Shown here in pieces: positions 25,708 to 40,049 of a DNA stretch of 64,000 bases. Position 1 is the first letter of the stretch. Every line of letters begins with the position of its first letter. The translations under genes were made by a program, and so were the position numbers. The stretch is from the NCBI RefSeq assembly GCF_009914755.1, contig NC_060927.1; one strand, written 5' to 3'. The stretch is from the human T2T-CHM13v2.0 reference genome, Homo sapiens. The notes under the pieces were generated by a model. That model had not been told where the DNA came from. It did no database searches and worked only from the letters and a program-made list of their open reading frames with translations.

Positions 25708-26017
25708 GGCCAGGCATTGTGGTTCCCACCAGTAATCCCAGCACTTTGTGAGGCTTAACTGGGAGGATCACTTGAGCCCAGGAGTGCAACAGGAGCCTGG
25801 GCAACATGGTGAGATACCACGTCTACTTCTTTTTTCTTTGTTTTTTTTTTTTTTTTTTTTGCTTAATTGCCAGGTGTGGTGACAAGCACCTGTGCTCTCA
25901 TCTTCTCAGGAGACTGAGGCAGGAGAATCACTGGAGCCCAGGAGTTTGAGGCTGCAGTGAGCCATGTTCACACCGCTGCACTCCAGCCTGGGCGACTGAG
26001 AATTTGTCTCAAAAAAA
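25708..26017 (+). mobile_element. AluJ-like with T-rich middle linker
   Basis: gaggatcacttgagcccagg and gaggctgcagtgagcc J-type motifs; linker 25827-25860 is poly-T. Confidence 0.9.
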
Positions 26018-26271
26018 TTGTACTACTAATTAAAAAATTAAATAAACATAGGAGCAAATATACTAATTATTTTTTTTTCTTTTGGATATATATATAGCCA
26101 TGGGATTTCTGGGTCATATGGTAGTTCAATTTTTTTGTTTATTAAGATACCTTCATACTGTTTTTCACAGTGGTTGTATTAAGTTGCCTTCCCTGCAAGA
26201 GAGTATGAGGGTTGCCCTTGCTCCACATTTCTTCACTTTCATTATCTTGTTGTCTTTTTGATAAAAGCCAT

Positions 26272-26520
26272 GCTTCTCCAATTCTTTCGGTTGTGATGTT
26301 AGGTTGTTAATTTGAGATATTTCTAACTCTTTGATGTGAGCATTTAATGCTATAAATTTCCCACTTATCACTGCCTTAGCTGTGTCCCAGAGATTCTGAT
26401 ATGTTGTATCTTTGTTCTCATTTGTTTCAAAGAACTTCTTGATTTTGGCCTTAATTTCATTGTTTACCCAAAAGTCATTCAGGAGTATGCTGTTTAATTT
26501 CTGTATAGTTGGATGGTTTT
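26272..26520 (-). mobile_element. L1PA8-L1PB-type ORF2 internal fragment
   Basis: Peptide [30 protein letters not shown]. Confidence 0.8.
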
Positions 26521-26566
26521 ATTAACCTAGATAGATGTTTAACACTAATATTTTTAAATCATAAGC

Positions 26567-26864
26567 TTTTTTGTTTGTTTGTTTGAAACGGATTCTTGCT
26601 CTGTCGCTCAGGCTAGAGTACAGTGGTGCGAACTTGGCTCACTGGAACCTCCACCTCCTGGGTTCAGGCGATTCTCCTGGCTCAGCCTTCTGAGTAGCTG
26701 GGAGTACAGGCGCCCGCCACTGTGCCCAGCTAATATTTGTATTTTTAGTAGAGACGGGGTTTCACCATTTTGGCCAGGCTGGTCTCGAACTCCTGATCTC
26801 GTGATCCACCCGCCTCAGCCTCCCAAAGTGCTGGGATTACACGCGTGAGTCACTGTGCTGGGCC
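26567..26864 (-). mobile_element. AluS (Sg-like)
   Basis: Full reverse-complement Alu dimer; short flanking repeat AGCTTT. Confidence 0.92.
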
Positions 26865-26869
26865 AGCTT

Positions 26870-27280
26870 TCGGTTTTATTATTTTTTTCCACGGTTTTCT
26901 GTTTTTTCATTATTATTATTTTGCTGATTTCTTTTTAAAAATAATTTTTATTCCTGTTTATTTTACGTAAAATTTTGTTCTCTTTTTAAATGTTTTTAAG
27001 CAGGAATTTCTGGCCACTGATTTTATGTAATTTGTTAGCTCTAATAATCTATAAAACAGTATAAATTATCTTCTAAGCAATATTATTTCTGCATTCCACC
27101 AGTTTTAAATGTTGTATTTTCACCTCATTTCAGCTTAATATTATTTTCCTTTATGACTTATTATTAGATTCATGCATTGTTTAGAAATGTGATGCTAAAT
27201 TTTCAAATATTTTATGTGATTACTTTTGCAGTTGATTTCTAATTTAATTATATTTTAGTCAGAAAATATGCTCTACTCTA
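26870..27280 (-). mobile_element. Ancient L1M ORF2 fragment
   Basis: tgcattccaccagttttaaatgttgtattttca...ttgtttagaaatgtgatgctaaattttcaaatatt...gttgatttctaatttaatt. Confidence 0.55.
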
Positions 27281-27974
27281 AACTTGCTTTACAATTTAAC
27301 TAGGGTTTAGGGTATGCTTGATAAAGCTCATAGGCTACGGTTTAGAATGTAGGCTAAGGATGTCAAGAAACTGAACTCTCTAGGGTGGCATCTGAGTGCT
27401 AAAGCAGAGGGTACAATCCTGTTCCAAATGAAGATATAAACCCTGGGAAAGAGGATGATATAGAGATGCCACTTAGAAGTGAATGAGAACTTCAAACAAA
27501 AACTATAACAAATAGATACATCTTTGTACTACTAATTGTACTACTAATTTTTAGAGGCTGCATGAGGCCTGCAGACTGGATACAATGTGAATTGAATTGG
27601 AAGATAAAATAACTGTGTGTTTGAGCTTTGAGCTTGGAATAGGAAAAATGTATAGCACCAGTGGTATAAGATCAGAGGACTTTTTCTTAATATTTCTGAT
27701 TTGATAAGCAAAAATATATTGATTATCATGTGGGAGAGGAAAGGGAAAAGAAAATTACTATAAATACATTTCTTTGTAGTGTAAGGTTAGTTTGAGCAAT
27801 ATTACATACATTTAAAATGCAAACGTGGTGCTGTCTGCTTATGAATCTTAAGGAGAAATTTTACAAGTTAAATTTTGGAAATAAAACCAGTAGTGTTAAG
27901 AATAACCATGCAAAAAATCACTTAACAGAGGATTAATTTTACTCGATTTATAACAAATCAGTTCTAACATTTTT

Positions 27975-28244
27975 TTATTATACTTTAAGTTTTAGGTACA
28001 TGTGCACATTGTGCAGGTTAGTTACATATGTATACATGTGCCATGCTGGTGCGCTGCACCCACTAACTCATCATCTAGCATTAGATATATCTCCCAATGC
28101 TATTCCTCTCCCCACCCCACCACAGTCCCCAGAGTGTGATATTCCCCTTCCTGTGTCCATGTGATCTCATTGTTCAGTTCCCACCTATGAGTGAGAATAT
28201 GCGGTGTTTGGTTTTTTGTTCTTGCGATAGTTTACTGAGAATGA
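27975..28244 (-). mobile_element. L1PA2-like 3' end (about 270 bp) with 16-bp TSD CAGTTCTAACATTTTT
   Basis: TSD 27959-27974 and 28248-28263; ggttagttac, cccactaactc, atctagc, gagaatatgcgg are young-type; GAG rather than ACA/ACG at the Ta diagnostic. Confidence 0.92.
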
Positions 28245-28729
28245 CACCAGTTCTAACATTTTTAGTAAACTGACATAAAAAGATCAGCAACCCCTAATAG
28301 TCAATGTTGATTTGAAGCATGCTGCTGCCTTAAGAAGAATTAAAAATGACCCTGCAAAATGTTTTACAATACCAGGGCAGATAAAGTGCAGGCAGCCTTT
28401 GACTCAAACAAAAAGAGGGCGGGGTCAAAAATAAAGCTTTTTGGAGGTTAAATATGAGATTCATATCATTTTACAACTCCAAGGATAAGGCTAAGGAAAA
28501 GAAGTTCTAGGATAATGACATTAAAGGTCTCTATTCCAGCTTCTAGCTTCATTTTTAGTGAACAATTTGAGAGAGGATAGAAATAAGAGGCACAAAGAAA
28601 TAGTTTTCACAAAATCCTGTATGTCATAATTTATCAAAATATGCTTACTATAGTATTATCCTATAGGAAGGACCTCAATATATGTGCACTTAACCAGTTT
28701 TCATTTGAACAAAACAATATGGATTGTGA

Positions 28730-29070
28730 TTTTTTTTTTCAGTTATTTTATTTTAAGTTCAGGGGTAAATATGCAGGAGGTGCAAGTGTGTTACATACGT
28801 AAACGTGTGTCATGGGCCTTTGTTGCACAGATTATTACATTAACCAGGTATTACACTTAGTATCCATTAGTTATTTTTCCTGATCCTCTCCCTCCTCCCA
28901 CTTTCCACCCTCCAATAGGCCCCAGTATGTGTTGTTCCCTTCTATGTGTCCATGTGTTCTCATCATTTAGCTCCCACTTATAAGTGAGAACATGACATTT
29001 CTGGTTTTCTCTTTCTGTGTTAGTTTGTTAAGTATAATGGCCTCCAGCTCCATATCATGTCCCTGCAAAG
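28730..29070 (-). mobile_element. L1PA10-13-like 3' end, TSD TTGTGATT
   Basis: aagttcaggggta...ttcctgatcctctccctcctccc...catcatttagctcccacttataagtgagaacatg. Confidence 0.88.
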
Positions 29071-29477
29071 TGCAAAGTTGTGATTATTCTTATATACGTT
29101 GGTGCAATTTGTACAATATATTAACTCTCTAATAAGAATTTGTCAGACCCAAGAGTCAGTGGTTAGTCTGCATCACTTAGGGATGGAAAACCCCTTTCAC
29201 ATGCCCTCTAAAACTTCACTGAAAATCAAGTGACAAATGGTGGATGAATAGGAGAAAAAGCATTTAAATTTTATTTTAATGTGCATTGCACAGGAGAATG
29301 ATAACCACATAGCTCAATGGGGTACAGATGTTTATATACCTTTCTTCATAGGGGAAAGGGAGTGGGGAAAAGGTGGATATTTGAGGAATAGTAAATACTT
29401 TTTAGGGGAAAGTGAATGGACTTGGAGGACGTAAAATGACCTAGGACAATGTCTGCTGGGTCTAGAAAGTAGATGAT

Positions 29478-29962
<485 letters not shown>

Positions 29963-31904
29963 TTATAATAGTCTGTCCCGGTGTCTTGGCTGACTTTTCG
30001 GTCTTTCTTCCTGTGATATGAGTTCAGTTAATGAAAACTCAAGGAAGGGACCAGAGTTGGTTGTTTGCTTCTTTGGCAGTCCAGACTGCAGACAGTTCAG
30101 GGAACTTCAGAGAACAGCTTCATTCTGTGCTTTGGGCAAAATAGAGGGTTAAGAGACAGGAGGGAGGGGGAAAGTTTGAGAGACCTTGAAGCTCCTTTTT
30201 AAATCCAGCAGGTCAAAGTGGCATATTACATACATTCAGAATTAAATTAATGTAGCTTAATATTAAAATTAAGTACTTTCTTATATTTATTTGATTTTTA
30301 GGAAACAAAATGACCCTTATTCATAACACCTACCGAAGATTAACAGATTTTTTTCCTAAAATATTAAATTAGAAAACCACAGGCCCTTTTACCATAAGAG
30401 TTAACAGTAATTTTATCTTTACTATTATAGACAAACAATTTTGCATGTTTTCACTCTATAAATAAAAATTGATTTGGATATTCTTTCGTATAGGAAGCTT
30501 TCTGTTTGTCCAGAGACTAGAGGGTAGATACCTATGATTTTTTAAGGCATTACTTGTATAAAACTTATTTGGTAGTCTATTTTTAAGGAAATGAGAAGAA
30601 TATTTTTGTTTGGAAACCACTCAGAGACAATACTGATAACTACTTCGAATACTGTACAATGTTCTCACATATACAATGAGTTACGTTTGGATATGTGCCC
30701 TGCCTTCCAGTTTACGTGGCTCAGTTTTTCAAGTTTTTTTGTGTGATTTTCACAAGTTTACAAACCTGGATATTTACAAACGGAGTTTAAAACTTAGTAC
30801 GTAATATAGTAATCATATCATAGCAGCTACATTTTACTGAGTAAATAGTATGGTCGAGATACTCAAATAAATGTTAAAATGTCTCATATTTCCCTTGGGT
30901 GATATTATATATTATGCATTAATATCTTTATATACTTTTAAGAACTCAAAGGTTTAAGGGGGCCAAGTATTCCTAAGAACTGCCAGCACATTGACTAACA
31001 TCTATGGAACTCAGAACCTATTCTTCAAACTCTAAATTTTGCTTTTTCCATTAGTTATATAAACCATAAATCTTAAAAAAAAATGGAGATATAAATTTTG
31101 TCTAAGGCCAAAGGCCTAGAAGACTGACCTTCAGAGTGCTTCTTCCAAGAAATGTATGTTTACCTGTAATAAACCGCACCAAGTAGGTATAACTCCTTAG
31201 TGACTGTGTCTGGATGATCGTTCATGGTGTTTTTCAGAAACATGTAAAACTATACGATAAGAGATCTATTATTCAGGTGACACTACAAGGAGAAATTTAA
31301 AACACACCTCCTCTCCTACCTACATGCAGAGCTTTGAGCAACTGATATAGACAGTGAGTTCAAACAAGCAAAAACCCAAAAAGTGCACAACTGTAACAAT
31401 TATAAAATAGGCCACTTGGTTAAACAGTCAGAGAGATGAATTTTACACTTGGTGTTAAATTATACAAACAGGCTGTTTGCAATTTACAAAGCCTTCCTTA
31501 AAAATCAATGGACAATTTGGCAGCACCTAAATAACTATGCAGTGAACAAGATGATAAACAATCATGCTTTCAGTAATAAGTTCCCTGATACATCAGAATG
31601 GCATTCCTGCACAGATGTAATAAGAAAATGACACCCAAAGAAAGATAGAAAAGTAATTAGACCTTACTAGAATACAGAGTATAATAATTAATTATTTTTG
31701 TAAATCCCTTGTTGACTAGACATTAACATAGAAACCTATTGCATATTTTCTGTATTTAGAAAGATTATATAATTTACCATCTCAACCAATATATTTTTGA
31801 TAATGAAATGAGGCTCTATTCACATTTCTCTAGAACAACAGGTAAGAATCAGGCCTTCCTGGGCATAGTAGGATGTATGGTTATTAATAGTTATTATATT
31901 TAAG

Positions 31905-33225
31905 TGTAGTAAATTCCTATAATTTTATGTTGCCTCAGCATCTGATATAATTTGCTTCTGTGTCCCCACCCAAATCTCATGTTCAATTGTAATTCCCAGT
32001 GCTGGAGGTGGGGCCTGGTGGGAGGTGATTGGATCATGGTTTCTAATGGTTTAGCACCCTCCAACTAGTGCTGCCTTGTGATAGAGTTCTCACAAGATCT
32101 GGTTGTTTGAAAGTGTGCAGCACCTCCCTCTTCACTCTCTCTTCCTCCTGCAGGCCATGTGATGATGTACTTGCTCCTCCTTTGCCTTCTGCCATGATTG
32201 TAAGTTTCCTGAGGCCTCCCCGGAAACAAAAGCATGTACAACCCACAGAACCATGAACAAATTAAACCTCTTTTCTTCATAAATTACCAAATTTCAGATA
32301 TGTCTTTAAAGCAGTGTGAGAAAGGATTAAAACAACATTCATTTTGAATATAGGCTTAACTTTGTCATACCCCAATGAGAGCTTAGTCACCCTTGACACA
32401 GTTTTCAATTATCCACTTCTTCCCAGTTCTTTATTGTGGTTAATCTACATATCTATCTTGTACAATTGCCTCTTGATGACTATCTTCTTGTTGTATGTAT
32501 ATGTCCCATAGACATCTATGGGACATATACATACAACCTACTTAACTCAACTCACTGACCGCGAATCCTGCACAAACTGCAGAGATGTTCCTGTGGCCAT
32601 TCTCAGTCACTAAATGACTCCACAGAACTGGCACCTGTTTGCTCTAAACCAACCAATTAGAACTCCCCTTAGAAATTCTGCTTGGCTAATGCTCTGGACT
32701 CCAATAAAGTCCTTGGTCCATAGGAACTTTCTTTTTTTCTGGCTCCCTACTGGCTGATTGAGCACATTGATTCTTTGATTTTCCCATCAACCCATGGGTA
32801 TGTCTCATTTCTCATGGACCTATGAGTAATAAACTACTTATGTTATTTCATATGTTTTGGTTTTGTTTTCTCCTTTGTGTCTCATTCAACCAACACACCA
32901 GAACCTAACTTTCTTCCCTGTCAAAGTTCTTCTACAGAGTAGCTATCTTGCCAAGAATAAACTAAACACAGGTTTATATAATAAACTAAATAAGAGCCAA
33001 AGGAGTGTCTGTCAGTGTAAATAGTCTCCTTCCTGTGAGAGGGCGACCTGGTCATGTGTTAGACATTCAGGTGCTAGGCCTTCCTTCAGAATAAAGAAGT
33101 ATCTCATGAAAGGCACACTGTAGGTATGCACGATCACTTCTCCTGAAGTCCCAGCAGGAAAGAGCTAGAGTTTATAGACACTCTCCAGAGAGAGATCTTA
33201 AGGCCAAATTAGAGAAAATTACAAC
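31905..33225 (+). mobile_element. MER67-like ERV1 LTR interrupted by MSTA
   Basis: Begins tgtagtaaattcctataattttatgttgcctcagcatc, continues cattttgaatataggcttaac...gcttagtcacccttgacacag. Confidence 0.7.
31943..32334 (+). mobile_element. MSTA-type MaLR solo LTR
   Basis: tgatataatttgcttctgtgtccccacccaaatctcatgttcaattgtaa...aattaaacctcttttcttcataaattacc...aaaca. Confidence 0.9.
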
Positions 33226-33244
33226 TATCAATATATGTAACCTG

Positions 33245-33405
33245 GAATAATCATTCAACCGTTAGTTGTGCAACTTAGTTAAGTTACTTAATTACTTTGA
33301 TAATGAAAAGAATAATACCTAACTGGAGGAGTTGTGAGGACTACAAATTATATTTCTAACGCAGTTAACACATTGTCTGGTATGTTGAAGATGATCAATA
33401 AACAA
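33245..33405 (+). mobile_element. MIR fragment
   Basis: aagttacttaa...aataatacctaac..ggagttgtgagga...gtctggtatg...tcaataaa. Confidence 0.55.
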
Positions 33406-34033
33406 ATACATCTATAATTCTAGTTCTCATTGTGTAGGTTACTTTTTTATCATCAATCTATTTGTAATAGTAATTAAGCTCTCTGAGTGGTTGAAATCTC
33501 AATTTTTAAAACTCGAAAGGGGCAGAAACTCTCTGATTCTAATATATCAAACTCCTATGCTTAGATTGGTCAAGAGCACATCATATAGCTTAAAAATTCT
33601 GTCTTTATAAGATTAATTGTGTGTATACTGAGTTTAAGAACAAAAGTAATGCCATTCTACTTTGGCTAGTGAAATGAAATAGAATATTTATATTAATATG
33701 TTTAAAAATATATTAGTTTAAACTCTAAAAAACCCAATTCATTCACTTATCTGAAGCAATATTATTTTTATTTAAATAAAGTAATAATATTTTATTATTT
33801 TGAGTTAAGCATAAAAGGAATGATAAACTTCAATCAATTAGTATTGATATCGTATTTTAGAAACACAAATGTAAGATGTGAAATTTACAAAAAGTAAAGT
33901 ACAATCTTTTTCTAGCTTTCAGAGATTTACTTCTTTGTCCTATTATAGGCAAAAACTGTTTTCTTTTTTTGTAATAGTGATAACACTACATTTGTATTTG
34001 GGCATGTCTATATCTAAGTGATTATTAAAATAC

Positions 34034-34400
34034 TGCTATGAACAGAATGTCTGCACCCTGCCCCCCAAAATTCATATGTTGTACCCTAAATGTGATATTA
34101 TTGGATAGAGGGCCTTTTGGAGGTAATTAGGGTTAGACTAGATCATGAAGTGGAACCATCATGGTGGAATGAATGGTCTTATGAAAAGACGAAGCAACAT
34201 AGGATTTCACTCTCTGGGTGCCTACACCTAGGAAGGCCATGAGAGGACATAACCAGGAAGAGGGACTTCACCAAAATCCCTCGCATACTGGCACCTTTAT
34301 CTCAGACTTCCAGCCTTCAGCACTTTAAAAAATAAATATTTGTTGTTTAAATCACTCAGTATGTGACATTCTGTTATAACAGCCAAAACAGATTGAGGCA
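34034..34400 (+). mobile_element. MLT1A/MSTD-type MaLR solo LTR
   Basis: tgctatgaacagaatgtc...ccaaaattcatatgttg...ctcagacttccagcc...aataaatatttgttgtttaa...gattgaggca. Confidence 0.85.
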
Positions 34401-35099
34401 TTTATTATAGTTTGCTTCTAAGCATTTAATATAATGCCAATTGTGTAATTTCAATACTAAGAAATTGAATTGGTCAAGCTCTTAATTAAAACATTCTGTA
34501 TTGCTTAAGTTTGAATCAACATAATTTGAAGGACCAGTATTGTAACAGAAAATGTAACAAATAGTAAGCATTATTTTCCCAAGATATCACTATTATAATT
34601 GTGTATCTTCATATATGTAATAAAGCATGGTAAGGTACAAATAAGCTGTGATTTATTTTTTCAAGAAAGTTTTAAGTATAAGCAATTTAAGACCACGGTT
34701 TCTTCATTTTTCATGGTACAATCAATTTGCCAACCCTTTTAGCCTTTCCCTTTTCAGGACCCTGAATAACCAAGCCACATCTTACTGTGAACAAATGAGT
34801 TTTGACACCTTGAGACATTTAATTATTTGCAACACTGAGTCAGATGAAGATGAAGCTGAAACTTTTCAAGCTCTAGAAAGATATATATGCTAAAAATGTC
34901 ATTGTAGGATAGTTTCACCCTAAAAATTCACTGAATAAGTATAATAGAAATGTGCAAATAAGGCTGCAAATTTCTAAGAAATAAGCATATTACAAATTAA
35001 ATAGAAATATAAATTTTAGCAGTTAATATTTTTTACATCCTACTATTCAGAAGTCTTTTTCAGAGGTGTATAAAATCTCAGAGATGGCACTGAGTACAA

Positions 35100-35220
35100 A
35101 GTTCATTTACTACAGCCATTCATTTTACAGTTGAGGGACCTGAGGTTCAGAGAGGTTAAGTGATTTGCCAAGGTCACTCTTCAGTTGCTATTAAACTTAG
35201 AGAGTCAAAACCTAGACTTA
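35100..35220 (-). mobile_element. MIR fragment
   Basis: cattttacagttgagggacctgaggttcagagaggttaagtgatttgccaaggtcac. Confidence 0.8.
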
Positions 35221-35888
35221 TTATTTACTCAATATTATTTTATTAATTTTATTTCTTCATTTATCAAAACAATGGCAACTTAGGAACATCCAAGCCTGTT
35301 GTTGGTGAATAATATATTTAATGGGAAAACTGTGCTAATTAAATTCATATATGTATTAAAATGGTACAATTAATTTGCCCAAATGAATTCATAGCTATGC
35401 CAATTTACATGGCTATAATGAAAGAATCCTGAGAATATTTAATTCATGAATTCTTTCATTCATTATTTCATTAGTAATTATTTAATGTTTATTGTATGAA
35501 CTATTTCAGGAATATATACATGTATGTTTGTGTGGGAGCATATGTAAGCATGTGTCTGTTTTGGTTTTCTTCACAGTTCTTATAGTCCTGATTAAAAAAA
35601 GATTTTCTGAGAGTGATAATTGGTTGATTTGAGGACATAAAATAAATATTTCAATCAATATTTATTCACATTTGTCCATGGGAGAGAAATGATTTTAAGA
35701 TGTGTGTGACTTAATGCAAAATATGTCCTGAACACACACACATTTTTTTAAATTTACTTGCTTATATAAGATATAATGTGAAATAAAATTGATTAAACTT
35801 TTAAGTATTAAATTATATAGGGAATGTGAAGAGCCCATTTTTACCTTTATTAGTGTAAGTATATTCAGCTTGAAGCTGTTAAAAATAA

Positions 35889-36050
35889 GTGTGTGTGTAT
35901 ATATGTATATATTATAATATATATATGTGTGTATATATGTATATATTATAATATATATATGTGTATATATATGTATATATTATATTATATGTAAATATAC
36001 TTCTTTATTCTGGAAGAAGGCCTAATGCCTGAATGGCCAACACAAGATCA

Positions 36051-36107
<57 letters not shown>

Positions 36108-36115
36108 TATATAAA
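35889..36115. repeat. TA-rich tandem repeats including a pure (TA)n at about 36052-36097
   Basis: gtgtgtatatatgtatatattataatatatatat repeated, then a long TA run. Confidence 0.9.
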
Positions 36116-37769
36116 ATAAATCTATATGTAGATTTATGAAGTATAAGTAGAAAAATATAATAGAGGTATATATAAATATATATAAATATTACATAAGAAG
36201 CCATAAGTCTAGGGAGAAATATGTGTCTTATATGCTCATTTTTTCCTTTCTACAATTTACACATGCATATTCTGCATGAATTACATTTTATAACATTGAA
36301 AATCTTTGAACTTTTTTTGTATGTCATGAAATCTAAAGTTACTCATTGATTAATGAATACATCCTCCACTATTGTTAAATGAACAAGAAAAAATGTGTTT
36401 GTAGAAGTTTGAGTTTGTATCTGTAGAAATTTGTGTTTGTAGAAATATCTATTCAGACTTTTAATTACTTTTTTGTACTAAATTGGTTACCTTAATTGTC
36501 ATAGTCATTTTCATTTTCTGATTTCATTTATGTATAATGAAACTTTGATAAGTTACCTACTATTATAAAGATACATATCTAACCTCTATATGGTGCATAA
36601 AGGCATCTTTGTTTGTAGAAGATTTTTTAAATGTTCATCTTACACTGTGTGACTGAATGATGTTAAGCAAGTTCTATAATGAAAGTATTATCTAAATGCT
36701 TAATTATTCATGTTTAAATATTATATATAAAAACATGCATATGTAGTATGTATATTAAATATGCCTATATATATCTTTGTCAATTTATTGCATTACTGAT
36801 ATGTTTTCACAAAAGTATAATCTCAACAGTTTTATAACTAAAAGTAATTTGATTCTTTGGTGATTGATGGCATTCAAATTTCTGTTTAGAGTTTTCCTAG
36901 CATTTCATTAAAATATATTGATGTTGTATAGTTATTCTGAGCATATAGAATCATGTGATTTGTTTTTTTCAAATTATTTACTAATTTCTATTAATGCAAT
37001 TTTACATTTACTTGTTTGAAAAGTTTTATGTTCACAAGTAATTTGAATAAGATATTATGTATTTATCTTGGAAGAAAAACAGGATAAATTGTCAACACGT
37101 TATTGAACTAGGGAGAATGGCCAGTGCATTATACAAGGATGGGAGTACTCATTTTTTTAAAGACAAGAATTAGAAGCAAATGCCTCAAAACAGTAATTGA
37201 CATTCATAAACTACTTTCCCTTAAAACATCTAAAAGTCATTTGAATAAATTACTTAATTAGCCCATTAGCAGCTTCCAGTGGTAGACATTGAATTGTAAG
37301 TACAATGTACTTTGTATTAACAGCATTGATGAAAAGTACTAGGGCAGATAATCTATAGAGACTTTACATGAAAAAAAAAAAGCTGGTGTTTAGCCAATGG
37401 TAGTCTTGTACACAGTGTTACACATATAAATTGTTTGCTAAGGTGAGAACGCAGCCAAGATTGTTTGGTTTACTCTTTTTTCTCCCTGTTAATTTAGTTT
37501 TCCTCCTGAATTGTCTTAACTCTTTTTATTATTTTTTTCCGTTCTCTTTGTCCTCTGTCTTTTAAAAGAGAGAACAAATCTAAAATTGAGATAGAATTAT
37601 TTTTTCTACATATATCCAGATTATGTTGAATGTCTATGCAAACATTTATTAAAAACAGCAAAGACAATAAGAACAACAAAGTATATACTTCAGTTTTTGT
37701 TTCTTTATACTAACTACAGGTGTTTAGGGAAATAGGATTCTGTGACTAATAGACAGTCTATTCTCTTTT

Positions 37770-38321
37770 ATTTTTAAACAGCTTCATTAAAATATAATTT
37801 AATACATTTAACACTGATCATACTTAAAGAGTACATTTTGGTAATGTTTACCATAGTTATATACCCAGGAAATCAACACCATAGTCAAGAGAGTAAATGT
37901 ATTCATCACCCAAAAACTTTATATTTAGTTGTAATCCTTTCCTCCTAGTCTTCCTTCCCAGAAAAAAATGTTGTGTGTTCAACTGCTATATCGTTTTATA
38001 TTAGCTTGCATTTTCTGGAGTAACATATAAAAGGAATCATACAATATGTTTTATTATCTCGCTTCTTTCACTGGCAAAGTAATTTTGAGATTCATCCATG
38101 TTATCATCTGAATCAATATTTTAAATGGTAAATAATTTTTCATTGAAGATATGCCAGATTTGATTAATCCATTTACATGTTGATGAACATTAGGATTATT
38201 TCCATTTCTGCTTACAAAAAAGCTTCTATCAATATCTGTGTACAAGTTTTTGTATGGATATATATATATGTATACATATATATGTGTATACACATATCTA
38301 TACATATATACATATATATGT

Positions 38322-38379
<58 letters not shown>

Positions 38380-38500
38380 AATATTCATTTATCTTAAGTA
38401 AATGCCTAGGAGTAACATATCTGGTTCATACAATAGATGTGTATTTAACTACAGGATGATTTCCCAAAGTAGCTGTACAATTTTACGTTCCCACAAGCAG
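37770..38500 (-). mobile_element. L1MC/MD 3' end containing a TA/TG microsatellite (38257-38377)
   Basis: acagcttcattaaaatataattt...ttttgagattcatccatgtt...tacaagtttttgtatggata...atgcctaggagt. Confidence 0.75.
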
Positions 38501-40049
38501 CAATTTAATGCAAAGCAAATTTGCAAATAGGAAGGAATTGCTGTAAAAATAAAGCATTTTATTAAATATAAGTTCAAATGAATTTGTAATCCAAAGTTTT
38601 CTCATAACTGGGCCTCCTAACGTGTTTGATTACCACCTTTATTGAAACTGTTAGAACATAATCTAACATTTAAAAAATTTTGAGGGGAGTTTTAAGTTTT
38701 CTAACTAAAACAACTATGGAAGCAAAAGGTGAACACTGTAATACACAGTTATAATCATTTCATATATTAGAAAACTCACAAATTGGTTTTTTCACTGTAT
38801 GGAACACACCGAAACATCATCTATTCACAAATGTACATTTGCTTTTCTGGACCTGGTCTTCTAATGCAATCTAGTGAAAGGCATATTATTTTAGAGTTTG
38901 GAAGGTTCAAGTACACTAAAATATTTTTTTGACAAAGAAGACAAGATAAGACATTAAAGAGATCCTATTCTGGAGTTTTTCCTTTGTAAAACTCAGATGA
39001 AATGTTTAAGAATTGAAATAAATTAATGATTAAAAACTTTACCACAAATATAGTTTGTAAGTATTATATACTACATTTATTTTTTATAATAATGTGCAAT
39101 AATAATGCTTACAAATAATAATGTTTAAAGCATTATTAGCAAGAATTTTAAGAACTTTCTCCTGAAGTTTGAAAAGTGTTTTGTATTTTCGAAGAGGCCA
39201 AGTGCTCAACCTGCCTCAAAGAGTATCAATCTATCTTCCACACCTATACATGAAGAACAAAGTGACTGATGACTTCAATCCTGTCTGACTTTTCAGTGCA
39301 AAGCAATGTTGGTGCTGAACTTAGCCCTTTACCTCTGTGCAGCAGGTCTGTGGCTGTTCTGAGGTCTGTTTCCTAGCCACCTACACAAGCTTCTATGATA
39401 CATCAGTGGAGGGTAGAGTTTACACACTGAGTGCTACAGCCTTCCAAGGAAAACACACATTGCTCTTAATGTTACGGTTCAATTGTATAGTTGCATTTGG
39501 GCCTCGTCGCTGAATTCCCAGAAGGTGAAACCTCTATCTCAGAAATTTTGAGCTCTTGTCCTATTCCTTGGAAACTACATGGGTTTTGTGTGAACAAAGA
39601 GGATAAATGTGGTGTTTAGAGAGAGGAAATGGAAATGAAAATGGAAATGGAAGTGGAATGGGTGTAGTTAGGGCCTTCAATACTTTCATTGTAATTTGTA
39701 ATTATATATATTATATTAAGTATACTAAAATTAGATATCTAATATATGTTAGAATTGCATGATATATTCTCTCTGAATTAGAATTCCTAATATATATTAG
39801 ACTGTTAGAATTATATAATTGTAATGTATAGATATATAAATAAGTTGAATTTAATACATTTTATAATATATTGTTTCTTCACTTTCTAAATTATAGATTC
39901 CTACCTTACAATGTTATCATGGTTGTCATTCAGGTTTGGAAGCATAAAGCAAAGTATATTTATTTACACACTTTATAGAAGAAAACATAGCAATTAGAAA
40001 ATAATGCTTATTTTATTAAAAATAGTCTCTTTATAAAAGTGTTTATAAA

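Larger units (their letters stand above)
24531..26271 (-). mobile_element. L1MA 3' end carrying three Alu insertions
   Basis: ccatcaccttaaacatttat, atgtgagtaagaacatgtgatatttgtctttctgtgtctggc, ccattgtgtatatataccacattt. Confidence 0.8.

Noticed and set aside
26016-27548. 16-mer AATTGTACTACTAATT at 26016 and 27533 (the latter in a 12-bp tandem duplication)
   Set aside because: A short AT-rich match that does not extend; plausible by chance.
34648-34893. 81-aa ORF with a polypyrimidine-AG acceptor-like site near 34757
   Set aside because: No recognisable protein similarity, no convincing donor site and no partner exons.
39625-39661. GGAAAT/GGAAT repeat resembling satellite III
   Set aside because: Only about 6 degenerate units; a simple repeat.
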